A DNA stretch of 64,000 nt from Bacteroidales bacterium (GCA_021740905.1 JAIOYV010000003.1:1737-65736), one strand, 5' to 3'; shown: positions 1 to 9,980, counted from the stretch's first letter. Numbers and translations: made by a program. Notes: generated from the letters alone by a model not told the origin.

Positions 1-145
1 AAACCGGGTCGCCCAAACGGACAGGCATCCTGATGATAGAAGATTTTTTCAGGGTCGAAGCACCTCCGTCTTCCATCACATTCACAAACAAAAGGCGCAC
101 GGCATTGGACCCGATATCGATTGAGGCAAATTTCAATAATTTCAT
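1..145 (-). CDS. Ppx/GppA-family phosphatase, N-terminal fragment (gene runs off the window edge)
   Basis: Not in the ORF track because it is open at the edge. Minus-strand ATG at 145..143 translates MKLLKFASIDIGSNAVRLLFVNVMEDGGASTLKKSSIIRMPVRLGD. The DIGSNAVRL phosphate-binding motif is typical of Ppx/GppA N-termini. Confidence 0.55.
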   Translation of the reverse strand, partial: MKLLKFASIDIGSNAVRLLFVNVMEDGGASTLKKSSIIRMPVRLGDPV

Positions 146-202
146 AGTTTCTGGTTTTAATTTCTGATGAAAGATCTGTCATCTATTCCGGGATTAAAAA
201 TA

Positions 203-235
203 GTGAAAAAAAGAAAGGCTGCATATAGCAGCCTT
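203..235 (-). terminator. Rho-independent terminator after the AOR gene
   Basis: 8-bp stem aaggctgc/gcagcctt with loop atata (215..235). On the minus strand it is followed by a T-run (complement of 203..214). Confidence 0.6.
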
Positions 236-263
236 CTTTTCAATTATTTCGAACCCTCGATTC

Positions 264-2414
264 TTACATAAAAGGTTTCACCGTTTCGATCAATTCGGGC
301 AAATCCATACCAATGTTTTTTAGGTGGTCGATGGTTGGCACACCATTACTGTTCCATCCCCGGCGTTTGTACACGGCATCCAGCAATTTTTCGTACTGGC
401 TTTCGCGGTGCTTGCGCAGGGCAGCTTTTTTCTCGTCGGTCGATTTTCCTGCTGGGTCGATGCCAAGGATTTCTTTCAATTGCTTGTCGTAACGTTCGGC
501 GCGGCTTTCGTATTCTTCGTTGGTAACAGGCCCTGCGGCACGGTAAGGTTGGGCGTCGTACTGGCGGGTTCCGTATCCACGGCGAAGGTTGAAAATACGC
601 TGGAAGTTATACACCCTTTCCGACATACGGATTAGTTCTTCCTTGCTGAAATCGTTTCCGGTCACGGCTTTGTAAATAGTCACATAATTATCGACATGCT
701 CGGGCACTTTGGCCGGTTCGGAGGTTTCGGCATTGTTTACCGGCTCCACATCGTTCCAGGGCAATTTGCACAAACCTACCAGACCAAACCAGGTACGGAA
801 CATGGGGAAATAATGTAAGGCCTCAGCTTTTGCCTCGAAAGTTGGGATTTGGTTGTTCACCATGTCCATAAAGATCAACCAGGCTTCGTCGTGCTGAGGG
901 CCTTTGTTGGTCATGGCAAAACCGCCTTGCTGTGCCAAGGACTCTTTCGAAACATATTCAGAATATTCAAGGTTCTTGTTAACCATTCCTATGTCGTCGA
1001 GGAAAGCTTTGTCGGCTCCATGCTCTTCAACCAAAATTTTCTTTAATCCGGCAATGCCAAGTCCTACCTGCTTTCCGAATTTAGCTCCGGCAGCGAGTTG
1101 GTGCAATAGTTCGATAGCAGCTTCCTTGTTTCCGAAATTCAGTTCAAGACCACCCGACATTTCTTTGGTGATGATCCCGGCTTCGTAACACTCCATTACA
1201 AAGGCAAGCAAAGTACCCCAGGTAATGGTGCAAATTCCGTAGGTGTCGCAATAGAAATTGGCTTCAATGATATAGTCGGGGTCGAATATTCCGCAGTTTG
1301 ATCCCAGGCCACCGGCGTTTTCATACTCTGGCCCATCCACAATTACTTCGGCACCTTTGTAAGGCCCGGTTTGTACAATAAATGGGTTCACTGCCTTGGC
1401 GCACGACATGTTGCAGCCAATCCAACAACCATCGGGTGTGCCTTGCACAAAGCGACTTTTCCAAACCTCCGAGTCGATATTTTTAATATCCTTATGACTC
1501 CCATACTTATAATTGTTTGTAGGAAGAAGGTCGTAGTCGTTCATTATTTCCATCAGGTGGGCAGTCCCTTTGGTGCGCATTTCGCATTGCGAATCGTCCA
1601 GGTCGCGCATTTCTTTGTTGAAACGCTTTCCGCGTTCCATAATGGCAGGCATATCGACAACATTGTTTGCTGTTCCCTTAATGCCAGGAACTTTAATTAC
1701 GATGGCCTTGATTTTTTTATCGCGGAAAACACTTCCAATCCCACCGCGCCCGGCTTGTTTTAGGCGCACTCTTTCCTTTTTTTTGTCGTAGAAACTTACA
1801 TTCAACATTCCGATAAGGGAATTGTCGGCTGCTTCACCGGCAGATACCACCGAGATATTCATTTTTTCCTTGTCGTCGTTGGCATACATTTCAGTAAGGG
1901 TCTCGGCCAGTGCATGACTGTCTATTGGCTCAAGCGGAGCTTCGAAAATTTCAACTTTATGGTTTATCCCATCAATGTAAATAATGACATCATTTTCTGC
2001 TTTCCCTTGTAATTCGATGGCATCGAAACCATTGAATTTAAGGAAGGGGCCAAAGAATCCGCCTACGTTACTGTCCATAATAAAATCGGTGGGCGAAATG
2101 GTCACTACCAACGATTTTCCTGTTCCCGAATATTGGGTGATCCCACCGATGGGCCCAGATGAAAGGATGATCTCGTTTTCCGGGTCGTTCCATTTTGTGT
2201 CGGGCTTAGTGGCGTCCCACAACAGGCGCAACCCATAGCCTTTTCCTCCAATGAATTTCTCTTTCATCTCGGCAGGGACAGTCTTCTCTTTAATCTCTTT
2301 GCTGCCCACATTCACATAAAGGATTTTGTCGGTATATCCTTTATCGAGAGGGGTCCATTCGTATTTCCATTCAGTAATAAGCTTGTGTGCTTTGGTCATT
2401 TCATCAATCTGCAT
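264..2414 (-). CDS. Aldehyde:ferredoxin oxidoreductase family (tungsto/molybdopterin, 4Fe-4S), long YdhV-like form
   Basis: 716-aa ORF. The N-terminal domain (GGKGYGLRLLWD, SPTDFIMDSNVGG) and the large C-terminal domain are typical of the AOR family. A terminator lies downstream. Confidence 0.85.
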   Translation of the reverse strand: MQIDEMTKAHKLITEWKYEWTPLDKGYTDKILYVNVGSKEIKEKTVPAEMKEKFIGGKGYGLRLLWDATKPDTKWNDPENEIILSSGPIGGITQYSGTGKSLVVTISPTDFIMDSNVGGFFGPFLKFNGFDAIELQGKAENDVIIYIDGINHKVEIFEAPLEPIDSHALAETLTEMYANDDKEKMNISVVSAGEAADNSLIGMLNVSFYDKKKERVRLKQAGRGGIGSVFRDKKIKAIVIKVPGIKGTANNVVDMPAIMERGKRFNKEMRDLDDSQCEMRTKGTAHLMEIMNDYDLLPTNNYKYGSHKDIKNIDSEVWKSRFVQGTPDGCWIGCNMSCAKAVNPFIVQTGPYKGAEVIVDGPEYENAGGLGSNCGIFDPDYIIEANFYCDTYGICTITWGTLLAFVMECYEAGIITKEMSGGLELNFGNKEAAIELLHQLAAGAKFGKQVGLGIAGLKKILVEEHGADKAFLDDIGMVNKNLEYSEYVSKESLAQQGGFAMTNKGPQHDEAWLIFMDMVNNQIPTFEAKAEALHYFPMFRTWFGLVGLCKLPWNDVEPVNNAETSEPAKVPEHVDNYVTIYKAVTGNDFSKEELIRMSERVYNFQRIFNLRRGYGTRQYDAQPYRAAGPVTNEEYESRAERYDKQLKEILGIDPAGKSTDEKKAALRKHRESQYEKLLDAVYKRRGWNSNGVPTIDHLKNIGMDLPELIETVKPFM

Positions 2415-2734
2415 ATTCTATATCTTTAAGTTTCCTTCATAAGTGAGGCAAAATTAGAACATTAATAGTTTTCGTCTATGGATTTTCTGAATGATATTTG
2501 TCAATATGAAATTCTTTGCAACTCGATTAAGAAACTGGTTTCTAAAGAGATAAAATCAAACCTTTATTTGCTCTGCAATTTAGAATAAATCTGTTTAATA
2601 AAAAGATGAAATACATGAGTGAAATTGACTTTTTTTGATGAAAATTGAATTGTTTATTTGAAAGATTAAAACCTATTGGTGCAATTACTTGTTAAACATT
2701 TCAAAAGCATTATTAATCAAAATATAGAAGTACG

Positions 2735-3316
2735 ATGACTTTCGATGAAATAAGGGCGAAGCTTAAAACCAAAACAGTCGGGATAGCCGGTGCTGGCGGT
2801 TTGGGGTCGAATTGTGCCGTGGCCTTGGCACGGTCGGGGGTAGGAAAACTAATAGTGGCCGATTTCGATGTTATCGACTTGAGTAATCTAAACAGGCAAT
2901 ATTATTTTTATCATCAACTTGGGCGGAAAAAAGTTCTGGCTCTACAGGAGAATGTGAAGATGGTAAACCCTGAAGTTGTATTTGTGCCTTTGTCACTCAA
3001 GCTCGACTCGGTTTCTATTAAAAAGGTTTTTGCCAATTGTGATATCATTGTGGAGGCGTTCGACCGAAACGACATGAAACAGATGATTATCGAAACCGTG
3101 CAGGAATTTTTCCCCGACAAGCCTTTGGTGATAGGTTCGGGCATGGCCGGTTTTGGCGGCAACAACCTAATCCGCACCGAACAACATGGAATCCTTTATA
3201 TATGTGGTGATCAGCAAAGCGAGGTGTCGGATGTTCTGCCCCCGCTTGCCCCACGTGTCGGTGTGGTTTCGATGATGCAGGCCAACCAGGTGTTGGAAAT
3301 TCTATTAAAATCTTAA
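2735..3316 (+). CDS. thiF: ThiF-family (short form) sulfur-carrier adenylyltransferase
   Basis: 193 aa. Rossmann GxGxxG motif (GIAGAGGLGSNCAVALARSGVGKL) followed by DFDVIDLSNLNRQ, the ThiF/MoeB/E1 signature. Confidence 0.75.
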   Translation: MTFDEIRAKLKTKTVGIAGAGGLGSNCAVALARSGVGKLIVADFDVIDLSNLNRQYYFYHQLGRKKVLALQENVKMVNPEVVFVPLSLKLDSVSIKKVFANCDIIVEAFDRNDMKQMIIETVQEFFPDKPLVIGSGMAGFGGNNLIRTEQHGILYICGDQQSEVSDVLPPLAPRVGVVSMMQANQVLEILLKS

Positions 3317-3345
3317 TTTTGGCTTAAATTTCAAACTTTATAAAT

Positions 3346-3549
3346 ATGAAAATCATCCTCAACAACAAAATTGAATTTCTCGATGCCGAAGAAGTTTCAT
3401 TTACTGAATTATTGGCCTTGAAAAACTATACTTTTAAAATGCTTGTCACAAAACTTAACAACCAATTGGTCAAGAAAGAATACCGCGACACTACCTTCAT
3501 CAAAAATGGTGACGATGTTAGTGTTATGCACTTGGTGAGCGGGGGGTAG
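3346..3549 (+). CDS. thiS: ThiS/MoaD-family sulfur-carrier protein (C-terminal GG)
   Basis: 67 aa ending in ...HLVSGG. It lies 30 nt downstream of the ThiF-like gene on the same strand. Confidence 0.7.
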   Translation: MKIILNNKIEFLDAEEVSFTELLALKNYTFKMLVTKLNNQLVKKEYRDTTFIKNGDDVSVMHLVSGG

Positions 3550-3569
3550 GATAATGTCTTTACAAGAGC

Positions 3570-5201
3570 TTAATCAACCTTCACCAACTTTTCAGTTTTC
3601 ACAATTCCTCCAGATCTTACATTGACAAAATAAATTCCACAGGGGTATTTTGAAATATCAAATTGATTTTTCGTACCTTTTATGCTTTCCAAAAGAATAG
3701 CCTTTCCATACAAATTGGTTATCTGTACAGTCCCGGTTGTTGCCCTCTCAAATTGCAAAGTAAATTCCCCCGATGTTGGATTTGGGTAGATATTTATTTT
3801 GTTATGGACGATTGAATTGTCTGAAATACTATTCGTACAGGTAGTTGTGAAATATACATTGGAGCTATTTGCGGTATCCAGGTATGTAACACTTGCTGGA
3901 GGAAAAGGCATTGTCCAAACACAGACTTCTGTTAAAGAGGGCATCACGCTCAATTTAATATTCTCTAATAAAGTATTTTGTGAAATGTCCAAATAGCTTA
4001 ATTGATTTGAGTTACCGTATAAATTTTTTAAATTTTGATTATTGGAAACATCTACGTCGGTTAATTGGTTGATATTAAAAAACAAATTAACAAGGCTACT
4101 ACAACTCGAAATATTCAGGTTTGTCAATAAATTATTGTTGCATCTTAAATATTCTAAATTGATATTATTGGATAAATCCAGGCTGGTTAATTGATTAAAA
4201 TTGCAGTCTAGGGTGTGAAGCAAAAAATTAGTAGAAACATCCAAAGTGGTCAATTGATTCTTACCGCACCATATCATTGCTAAATTGCTATTAAGGGAAA
4301 AATCCAGTGCCGATATTTGATTGCCCTCACAATTGAGGGAAGTCAAATTTGGATTAGAGGAAATGTTGAGGCTGGACAACATATTATTAACGCATTCCAG
4401 CTCTGTTAAAATGGTATTGTTTGATACATCCAAAGTGGTCAATTGATTATCACCACAATGTAAATTTGTTAGATTTGTATTGTTTGATACATTTAACACT
4501 GTTAATTGATTCTCGTAACAACTCAGTGTTAATAGGGCGGTATTATTGGAAACATCAAGGATGGTAAGCGAATTAGTGCTACACCACAAATCTGTTAAGG
4601 AAGTATTCGGCGAAATATTTAAACTGGTCAATAGATTATTATAACAATAAAGCTCTGCCAAATTCAGATTACTGGCTACATTTAAACTAGTCAATTGATT
4701 GAAAGCACAAATTAATTCCTGTAAATTCAGATTATTTGAAATTGAAAGAGTACTTATCTGATTATTATGACAATATAATCTTGTTAACAATAAATTGCTT
4801 GAAACATCTAAGCTATTTAATTGATTATTTTGACAAAACAAATTTGTTAAATTCAGATTATTGGAAATATTTAAAGTGGTTAACTGATTGAAACTGCAAT
4901 TAAGTATACTCAAATTGGTGCAATTGGATATATCAAGGCTAGAAAATTGATTATTATAGCAATGCAAGGAGGTCAAATTTATAAAAGATTCTATGCCTGT
5001 CATGTCTGAAATACCTTTATTTTCTACATATAAAAAAGCTACAGCTTCGGCTTCCGCGACACTTATTAGCGAATCTGCATTAACATCAACTCCATCGTCG
5101 ATTAGGGCAGCTAAAAAATTTGCGTCCGGGATAATTACATTCTGGGCATACATCGAAGGAAAAAGAGAGAGAATGAGCAAAAGGGAAAGGAAAGTTTTCA
5201 T
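3570..5201 (-). CDS. Secreted leucine-rich-repeat protein with T9SS C-terminal sorting domain
   Basis: 543 aa with a signal peptide (…FPSMYAQ). It carries 16 consecutive 21-aa repeats of form LTxLxCxxNQLTxLDVSNNxx. The C-terminus (INIYPNPTSGEFTLQF…GIYFVNV…KLVKVD) matches the Por/T9SS CTD pattern. Confidence 0.85.
   Translation of the reverse strand: MKTFLSLLLILSLFPSMYAQNVIIPDANFLAALIDDGVDVNADSLISVAEAEAVAFLYVENKGISDMTGIESFINLTSLHCYNNQFSSLDISNCTNLSILNCSFNQLTTLNISNNLNLTNLFCQNNQLNSLDVSSNLLLTRLYCHNNQISTLSISNNLNLQELICAFNQLTSLNVASNLNLAELYCYNNLLTSLNISPNTSLTDLWCSTNSLTILDVSNNTALLTLSCYENQLTVLNVSNNTNLTNLHCGDNQLTTLDVSNNTILTELECVNNMLSSLNISSNPNLTSLNCEGNQISALDFSLNSNLAMIWCGKNQLTTLDVSTNFLLHTLDCNFNQLTSLDLSNNINLEYLRCNNNLLTNLNISSCSSLVNLFFNINQLTDVDVSNNQNLKNLYGNSNQLSYLDISQNTLLENIKLSVMPSLTEVCVWTMPFPPASVTYLDTANSSNVYFTTTCTNSISDNSIVHNKINIYPNPTSGEFTLQFERATTGTVQITNLYGKAILLESIKGTKNQFDISKYPCGIYFVNVRSGGIVKTEKLVKVD
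3969..4976 (-). repeat. Coding tandem array of 16 x 63-nt LRR units
   Basis: Residues ~76-411 of the LRR protein show strict 21-aa periodicity. Coordinates were derived from residue numbering. Confidence 0.7.
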
Positions 5202-5320
5202 TGTTTTTAGTATTTATGTGTAATTATTAAGGTTAACTCATGTCGGGAAATTGGTATTATTTTGATAACAAAGATAATTAATTCTTTTGTACATTCGTAG
5301 AAACTCAAAAATACAATACC

Positions 5321-7717
5321 ATGAAAAAGATTCTACTAATTTTATCTACCATCCTTCTTTCTCCCTGCTTTCTAAATGCCCAAACCGTTTTAGTCGATTT
5401 TGGTGCTGCAACATCTAATAATGTGTTCGGTATGCCGGGTTGGAACAACTTGTTGCTGAGTAACAACATGGTATATCTATCTCCTGGTGGGAGTGGGGTT
5501 TCCCCCCAGAGTAACCTGGACGAGTTCACCGATTATATGGGTGTTTCGGGGCCTAGTGCTTTTAATTTTCAGGTCAACCACCGGGTAGTGGTTACTTGGT
5601 ATAATAACTCGAACCAAACTTTCAATTTTTCGGCACGGATAAGTTTCTCTGATACCGATTATCCTGACTCGGGCACTGCAACCGGAAACTGGTTCACCAT
5701 GCGATCGTTCACTAATTACCAGCATACTTATTCGGAGGCATTGCCCTATTCTTTAATAAAAACTGTTTTCAATATTGTTGACCAGGGTGTTCATGCTTGT
5801 ACTGGGAACCATAATTCGGTAAATGTGAACCTGCACATCGAATGGTTCGACAGTTCGTTGAAGCCCAACCTTATTTGCGACAAAATTGAATTGTACGACG
5901 ATGCCGACACATCTGCCCCTGCGCAACCCACAAACCTTCAGGCAGTGGTTTTGTCTGATTCTAAAATTGCCCTAAGCTGGAATGTTCCAACCGACAATGT
6001 TGCCGTTACCGAATACTATGTGTACAAAAACGGGGAAATGGAATCGTACTCCCGCATCAATGCTGATACAATCTATTTTCTTGAACCGGCCACATCCTAC
6101 GCATTTCAGGTAACAGCCTTAGACAATGTGCTAAACGAAAGTGCACCGTCCCAATCAATAACTGTAAGCACAATGGCTTTTCAGGGCGACACATCGTTGA
6201 TAAACCCATCGGTGTTCGAATATGCCGGAGCATTCCGGTTTCCCGACAACACCAATTGGGGTGCCGATGCCCTGGCATACAATCCCAACGGTGACGGGGG
6301 CCTAACAGGGAGCGGCTCTTCCGACGGACATCCGGGATCGTTGTTTACATCGAACATAAATACACCTTCCGATGCATACATTGGTGAATTTAATATCCCA
6401 GGCCCGGTCATTCCAACACCTCTGGCTGTCGATTCTTTGCCTCAGGCAACCCAACTTCAGGGATTCTCCAACATCCGTCCTGCCAATATAAATAATTATC
6501 CTTATGTGGATGTTTGGGTAAACGATATAGCCTGGCTTCCTGCACAGGGAGCACAGACCAATGCGAAATTGTACAGTGCCTGGGGGTATTATTACCAACT
6601 AATGGGCGAGACTAAATATCCTGCCCTGAGTTGGTGCGATGCCCAAAACCTGGCAGGCTCTACAAAACAGGGTGGCTGGTATCTCGGCAGCCCCACCGGC
6701 TGGCCCGAACCCGCTTATTGCAACGACTACCTTTTTCCGGTACCTCAACTTTGGGCCGATGCAAACACCAATGGCAGGTCGCTTTTAAATGGCCGCTACC
6801 GCGAAGGGGGATTGAGTGGGCTGGGACCCACTTTGTATGCCATTGCACCCTGGCAATCGGGGAACCCACCAGCTGTTGGTGAAACACTTTCGTACACCAC
6901 ATTGCTGGAATACGGCCCGGTGCTAAATTCGGTTGATGATTATTATTACCCCAATGCTATTAATGACTACAACCATGCCGATTACTGGAAAGATGCTGTG
7001 TGGCTGAAGGATAATAGCAAAAATGCAGTTGCCATTGTCGGTTTAAAAGGGTTAGGGGTAAATTACTATGGTTACAAAGGGGAACAGATGCGTCACGAAT
7101 GGGTAATTGCCGATCTCCCATACCCGGAATTTTATGCTACCGATCCAAACGGAAAAGGATGGCAAGCCGGAAGGATGGCTCCGATAATGGTCCTTTACAA
7201 GCCACAGGATTTGGCCGATGTTGCAGCAGGCGTTCAAAATTCGTACGACATCCAACCTTATGCGGCCATGAGGTTCGACCCCGGTATTTTCTATTCCGAT
7301 CATCCTGAACTAAGGAGTGCAGCTTTCGACCGGGAGAATGAAATCCTTTACATCACTGAATTTTGCGAGGAGTACGATGGCCGTGCTGTGGTTCATGTGT
7401 GGACTACAAGTTCGGTTATTGTTGATATTGAGAATTACCATTCTCCTGAAAGGCGATTTATAGTCTATCCGAATCCATCAAATGGGTATTTTCAGATTGA
7501 AATTGCCACTGGTCTACCAGGTAAATTCAGAATAGAGATATATAACACCCTTGGGAAAAATGTTTGTTCAGGCTTTCGGGAAAAGGAAGCTTGTAGTCAA
7601 ATTTCATTGTATCCATCAGAGAAACTAATGGCTGGTGTTTATTACCTGCAGGTTTGGGGCTGCAATGGAAAACATAATGAATTAATAGGGAGTAGAAGGA
7701 TAGTTGTGGTGGATTGA
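5321..7717 (+). CDS. Secreted protein with one fibronectin-III domain and a T9SS C-terminal sorting domain; function unknown
   Basis: 798 aa with a signal peptide (…CFLNAQ). It has an Fn3-like segment (PTNLQAVVLSDSKIALSWNVPTDNVAVTEYYVYKNG…FQVTALD). The C-terminus is FIVYPNPSNGYFQIEI…GVYYLQV…RIVVVD. Confidence 0.8.
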   Translation: MKKILLILSTILLSPCFLNAQTVLVDFGAATSNNVFGMPGWNNLLLSNNMVYLSPGGSGVSPQSNLDEFTDYMGVSGPSAFNFQVNHRVVVTWYNNSNQTFNFSARISFSDTDYPDSGTATGNWFTMRSFTNYQHTYSEALPYSLIKTVFNIVDQGVHACTGNHNSVNVNLHIEWFDSSLKPNLICDKIELYDDADTSAPAQPTNLQAVVLSDSKIALSWNVPTDNVAVTEYYVYKNGEMESYSRINADTIYFLEPATSYAFQVTALDNVLNESAPSQSITVSTMAFQGDTSLINPSVFEYAGAFRFPDNTNWGADALAYNPNGDGGLTGSGSSDGHPGSLFTSNINTPSDAYIGEFNIPGPVIPTPLAVDSLPQATQLQGFSNIRPANINNYPYVDVWVNDIAWLPAQGAQTNAKLYSAWGYYYQLMGETKYPALSWCDAQNLAGSTKQGGWYLGSPTGWPEPAYCNDYLFPVPQLWADANTNGRSLLNGRYREGGLSGLGPTLYAIAPWQSGNPPAVGETLSYTTLLEYGPVLNSVDDYYYPNAINDYNHADYWKDAVWLKDNSKNAVAIVGLKGLGVNYYGYKGEQMRHEWVIADLPYPEFYATDPNGKGWQAGRMAPIMVLYKPQDLADVAAGVQNSYDIQPYAAMRFDPGIFYSDHPELRSAAFDRENEILYITEFCEEYDGRAVVHVWTTSSVIVDIENYHSPERRFIVYPNPSNGYFQIEIATGLPGKFRIEIYNTLGKNVCSGFREKEACSQISLYPSEKLMAGVYYLQVWGCNGKHNELIGSRRIVVVD

Positions 7718-7720
7718 AAA

Positions 7721-7750
7721 AAAGCCTGCCCTTGAATCAGGGCAGGCTTT
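7721..7750. terminator. Bidirectional hairpin terminator between convergent genes
   Basis: 11-bp perfect stem aaagcctgccc/gggcaggcttt with an 8-nt loop. It is flanked by A-run and T-run sequence. Confidence 0.6.
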
Positions 7751-7774
7751 CATTTATCATTCTGAATAATCCGT

Positions 7775-8650
7775 TTAAAAATTATATGACAAACCTATGC
7801 CCAGCACTTCTTTGAATTGAATTTCGGGAGACAGTTTTGTTGGGTCATCACCAAATAAAATATCATTGTCGTAGATAAGTGTGGTCGATAAATTAGCCGA
7901 CAAGTACTTGTTGATCTTCATCGTAATCAGCACTTCCCAGTTTACATCAAGGTTTTGAGGCTTGTCGAGATAGTTGGAGAATAAATCGATCTTTGTGCTG
8001 AAATTCACATTTTCCATGATATCTTTTTTGTAGGCTATTTTCATATAGGCCCCAAATTCTGTCCGTATCTTTTCACCAGCATCTAAGCCATAGGTAGTGG
8101 AAAATAGTGTATCATTGACAAAAGTTACCTTTCCGCTAAGGGGTGAAATGAACATCGAAAAGTTATCGTTTGGTTTATAGTCCATACCCAAAGCAAGGTT
8201 CAAGTAGGCCGGTACCATAAAGTTCGAAATTTCCTCATTGGGGACATCGGGATCGTTGGAATATTTGTAACCGGTAGTCATTTGGGTCTTAAAATTGGCC
8301 AGTGCGCTATAGTACCAATTTTTGCTGGCGTTGCGGCCATACTTCGAGGCAAGCTCGATTTTATCGTCAGTTTTTCGCCAGCCTTGATCACCTTGTTTCA
8401 TGGTGCCATAACCAAAACCCAGGGTATTGTCCCAGGTCGAATTGCCTTTTTTATAATTGGCAAAAAGGTTCAGCATCAAATTTCCTGATATTGAATTTTC
8501 TCCACCGGCTGCCCAATTACTGAGTGAAACCTGTGAGAAGGCAAGTGAGCCTGCTCCTCCTGTTTTCCAAGTTTTCGCTGGTTCTTCTTGAGCGTTCAGG
8601 CTTAAAGCCATTGTTGCAAGTATTGCTATTGCATAAATAGTTTTCTTCAT
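7775..8650 (-). CDS. DUF3078-like outer-membrane beta-barrel protein
   Basis: 291 aa with a signal peptide. SLSNWAAGGENS motif, alternating beta-strand pattern, and a C-terminal …GIGLSYNF aromatic end. Confidence 0.65.
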   Translation of the reverse strand: MKKTIYAIAILATMALSLNAQEEPAKTWKTGGAGSLAFSQVSLSNWAAGGENSISGNLMLNLFANYKKGNSTWDNTLGFGYGTMKQGDQGWRKTDDKIELASKYGRNASKNWYYSALANFKTQMTTGYKYSNDPDVPNEEISNFMVPAYLNLALGMDYKPNDNFSMFISPLSGKVTFVNDTLFSTTYGLDAGEKIRTEFGAYMKIAYKKDIMENVNFSTKIDLFSNYLDKPQNLDVNWEVLITMKINKYLSANLSTTLIYDNDILFGDDPTKLSPEIQFKEVLGIGLSYNF

Positions 8651-8686
8651 ATTTGAATTTATTAATTAATATTCTTTTTTAAGTTG

Positions 8687-9505
8687 TTATTTGACATTAT
8701 ACATGTGAACATCGGTTTGCGGGAATGGGATAGAAATATTTTCCTTGTCGAATTCTTTCTTCACAGCTTCGGTCATATCGAAGAAAATGCCCCAATAATC
8801 GCCGGAATTGGCCCACACACGAACCGCAAAATTCACAGAACTGTCGGCCAATTCTGAAACGGCAATAAAGGGTGCCGGGTCTTTGAGTATCCTGGAGTCT
8901 GCACCAATCAATCTTTGAAGTACTGTTTTGGCAGCATCAATATTATCACTATAGCCAATGCCAAAAGTAAAATCGACCCTCCGTGTAGGTTCGGTCGAAA
9001 AGTTTACCATGGAACCTGTTGCTAGGCTCCCATTGGGCTGGATAATGGTTTTGTTGTCGGGGGTTTTCAGGATAGTGTTGAAAATCTGGATTTCTTTTAC
9101 AGTGCCGGAATAGCCTTGTGCTTCAATGAAATCTCCAACCTTAAACGGTTTGAAAATCATGAGCATTACCCCTCCTGCAAAATTCTGCAAAGTTCCCGAC
9201 AGGGCCATTCCAACTGCAAACCCGGCAGCAGCAAGAATGGCAACAAAAGAAGTAGTTTGCACGCCAACAATTTCGATAACTGAAATCACAAGCAATACTT
9301 TTAATAATATACTGACAAAGCTGGATAGAAAAGATGTTAGAGCTTCATCCATTTTTCGTTTCTTCAATAACTTATTGAATAGCTTAGTAATTGATTTAAT
9401 AACCAATAAGCCAATAATCAATACAATAATAGCCAATGCGAGCTTGGGTGCATAAATTACAAAAAGATCGACAAATTTGTCAACATAAATCCCTGTTTTT
9501 TCCAT
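8687..9505 (-). CDS. mscS: MscS-family small-conductance mechanosensitive channel
   Basis: 272 aa. TM helices followed by the conserved pore/beta-domain segment GTLQNFAGGVMLMIFKPFKVGDFIE…GTVKEIQIFNT. Confidence 0.85.
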   Translation of the reverse strand: MEKTGIYVDKFVDLFVIYAPKLALAIIVLIIGLLVIKSITKLFNKLLKKRKMDEALTSFLSSFVSILLKVLLVISVIEIVGVQTTSFVAILAAAGFAVGMALSGTLQNFAGGVMLMIFKPFKVGDFIEAQGYSGTVKEIQIFNTILKTPDNKTIIQPNGSLATGSMVNFSTEPTRRVDFTFGIGYSDNIDAAKTVLQRLIGADSRILKDPAPFIAVSELADSSVNFAVRVWANSGDYWGIFFDMTEAVKKEFDKENISIPFPQTDVHMYNVK

Positions 9506-9554
9506 AAGTTTTTTTATTTGTGATACTGAATAGTCCTTTTTTCCAAAGGCAATT

Positions 9555-9980
9555 TTACTTTTTCAGGAGATCCCTGATTTCTGTCAATAAAACTTCTTCT
9601 TTCGAAGGGGCGGCGGGCGCGGCAGGGGCTTCTGCTTCTTTCTTTTCCATTCTTTCTTTCATCTTGTTATAGCCTTTTACAACCATGAAAATGGCAAATG
9701 CCACAATCAGAAAAGTTAGGACAGCGTTGATAAAAAGCCCATAAGAAATAGCCACTTCTGCTACTGCATCACCTGCGCCTTCCATAGTTTCGGCAATGGC
9801 TGGTTGAATAATCAGCTTTAATTCTGAAAAATCGACTCCCCCAAAAAGCAATCCAATGGGTGGCATTAGAATGTCGGCAACAAAAGATTTGATAATGGCT
9901 CCAAAATAAAGGGCCATAATTAGGCCAACAGCCATTTCCATGACATTCCCCTTTGCAATAAACTTCTTAAATTCTTTCAT
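9555..9980 (-). CDS. mscL: Large-conductance mechanosensitive channel MscL
   Basis: 141 aa. MKEFKKFIAKGNVMEMAVGLIMA…ADILMPPIG is the canonical MscL N-terminus. Confidence 0.9.
   Translation of the reverse strand: MKEFKKFIAKGNVMEMAVGLIMALYFGAIIKSFVADILMPPIGLLFGGVDFSELKLIIQPAIAETMEGAGDAVAEVAISYGLFINAVLTFLIVAFAIFMVVKGYNKMKERMEKKEAEAPAAPAAPSKEEVLLTEIRDLLKK

Noticed and set aside
2415-2734. Possible TPP riboswitch upstream of the thiF/thiS-like pair
   Set aside because: I read the 320-bp region on the plus strand and found no CUGAGA or pyrimidine-sensor helix-like elements, only AT-rich sequence. An Infernal scan would be decisive.
8687-9980. Adjacent mscS and mscL as a special osmotic module
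   Set aside because: Both are ordinary housekeeping channels with separate starts and no shared unusual feature. Adjacency alone is not noteworthy.
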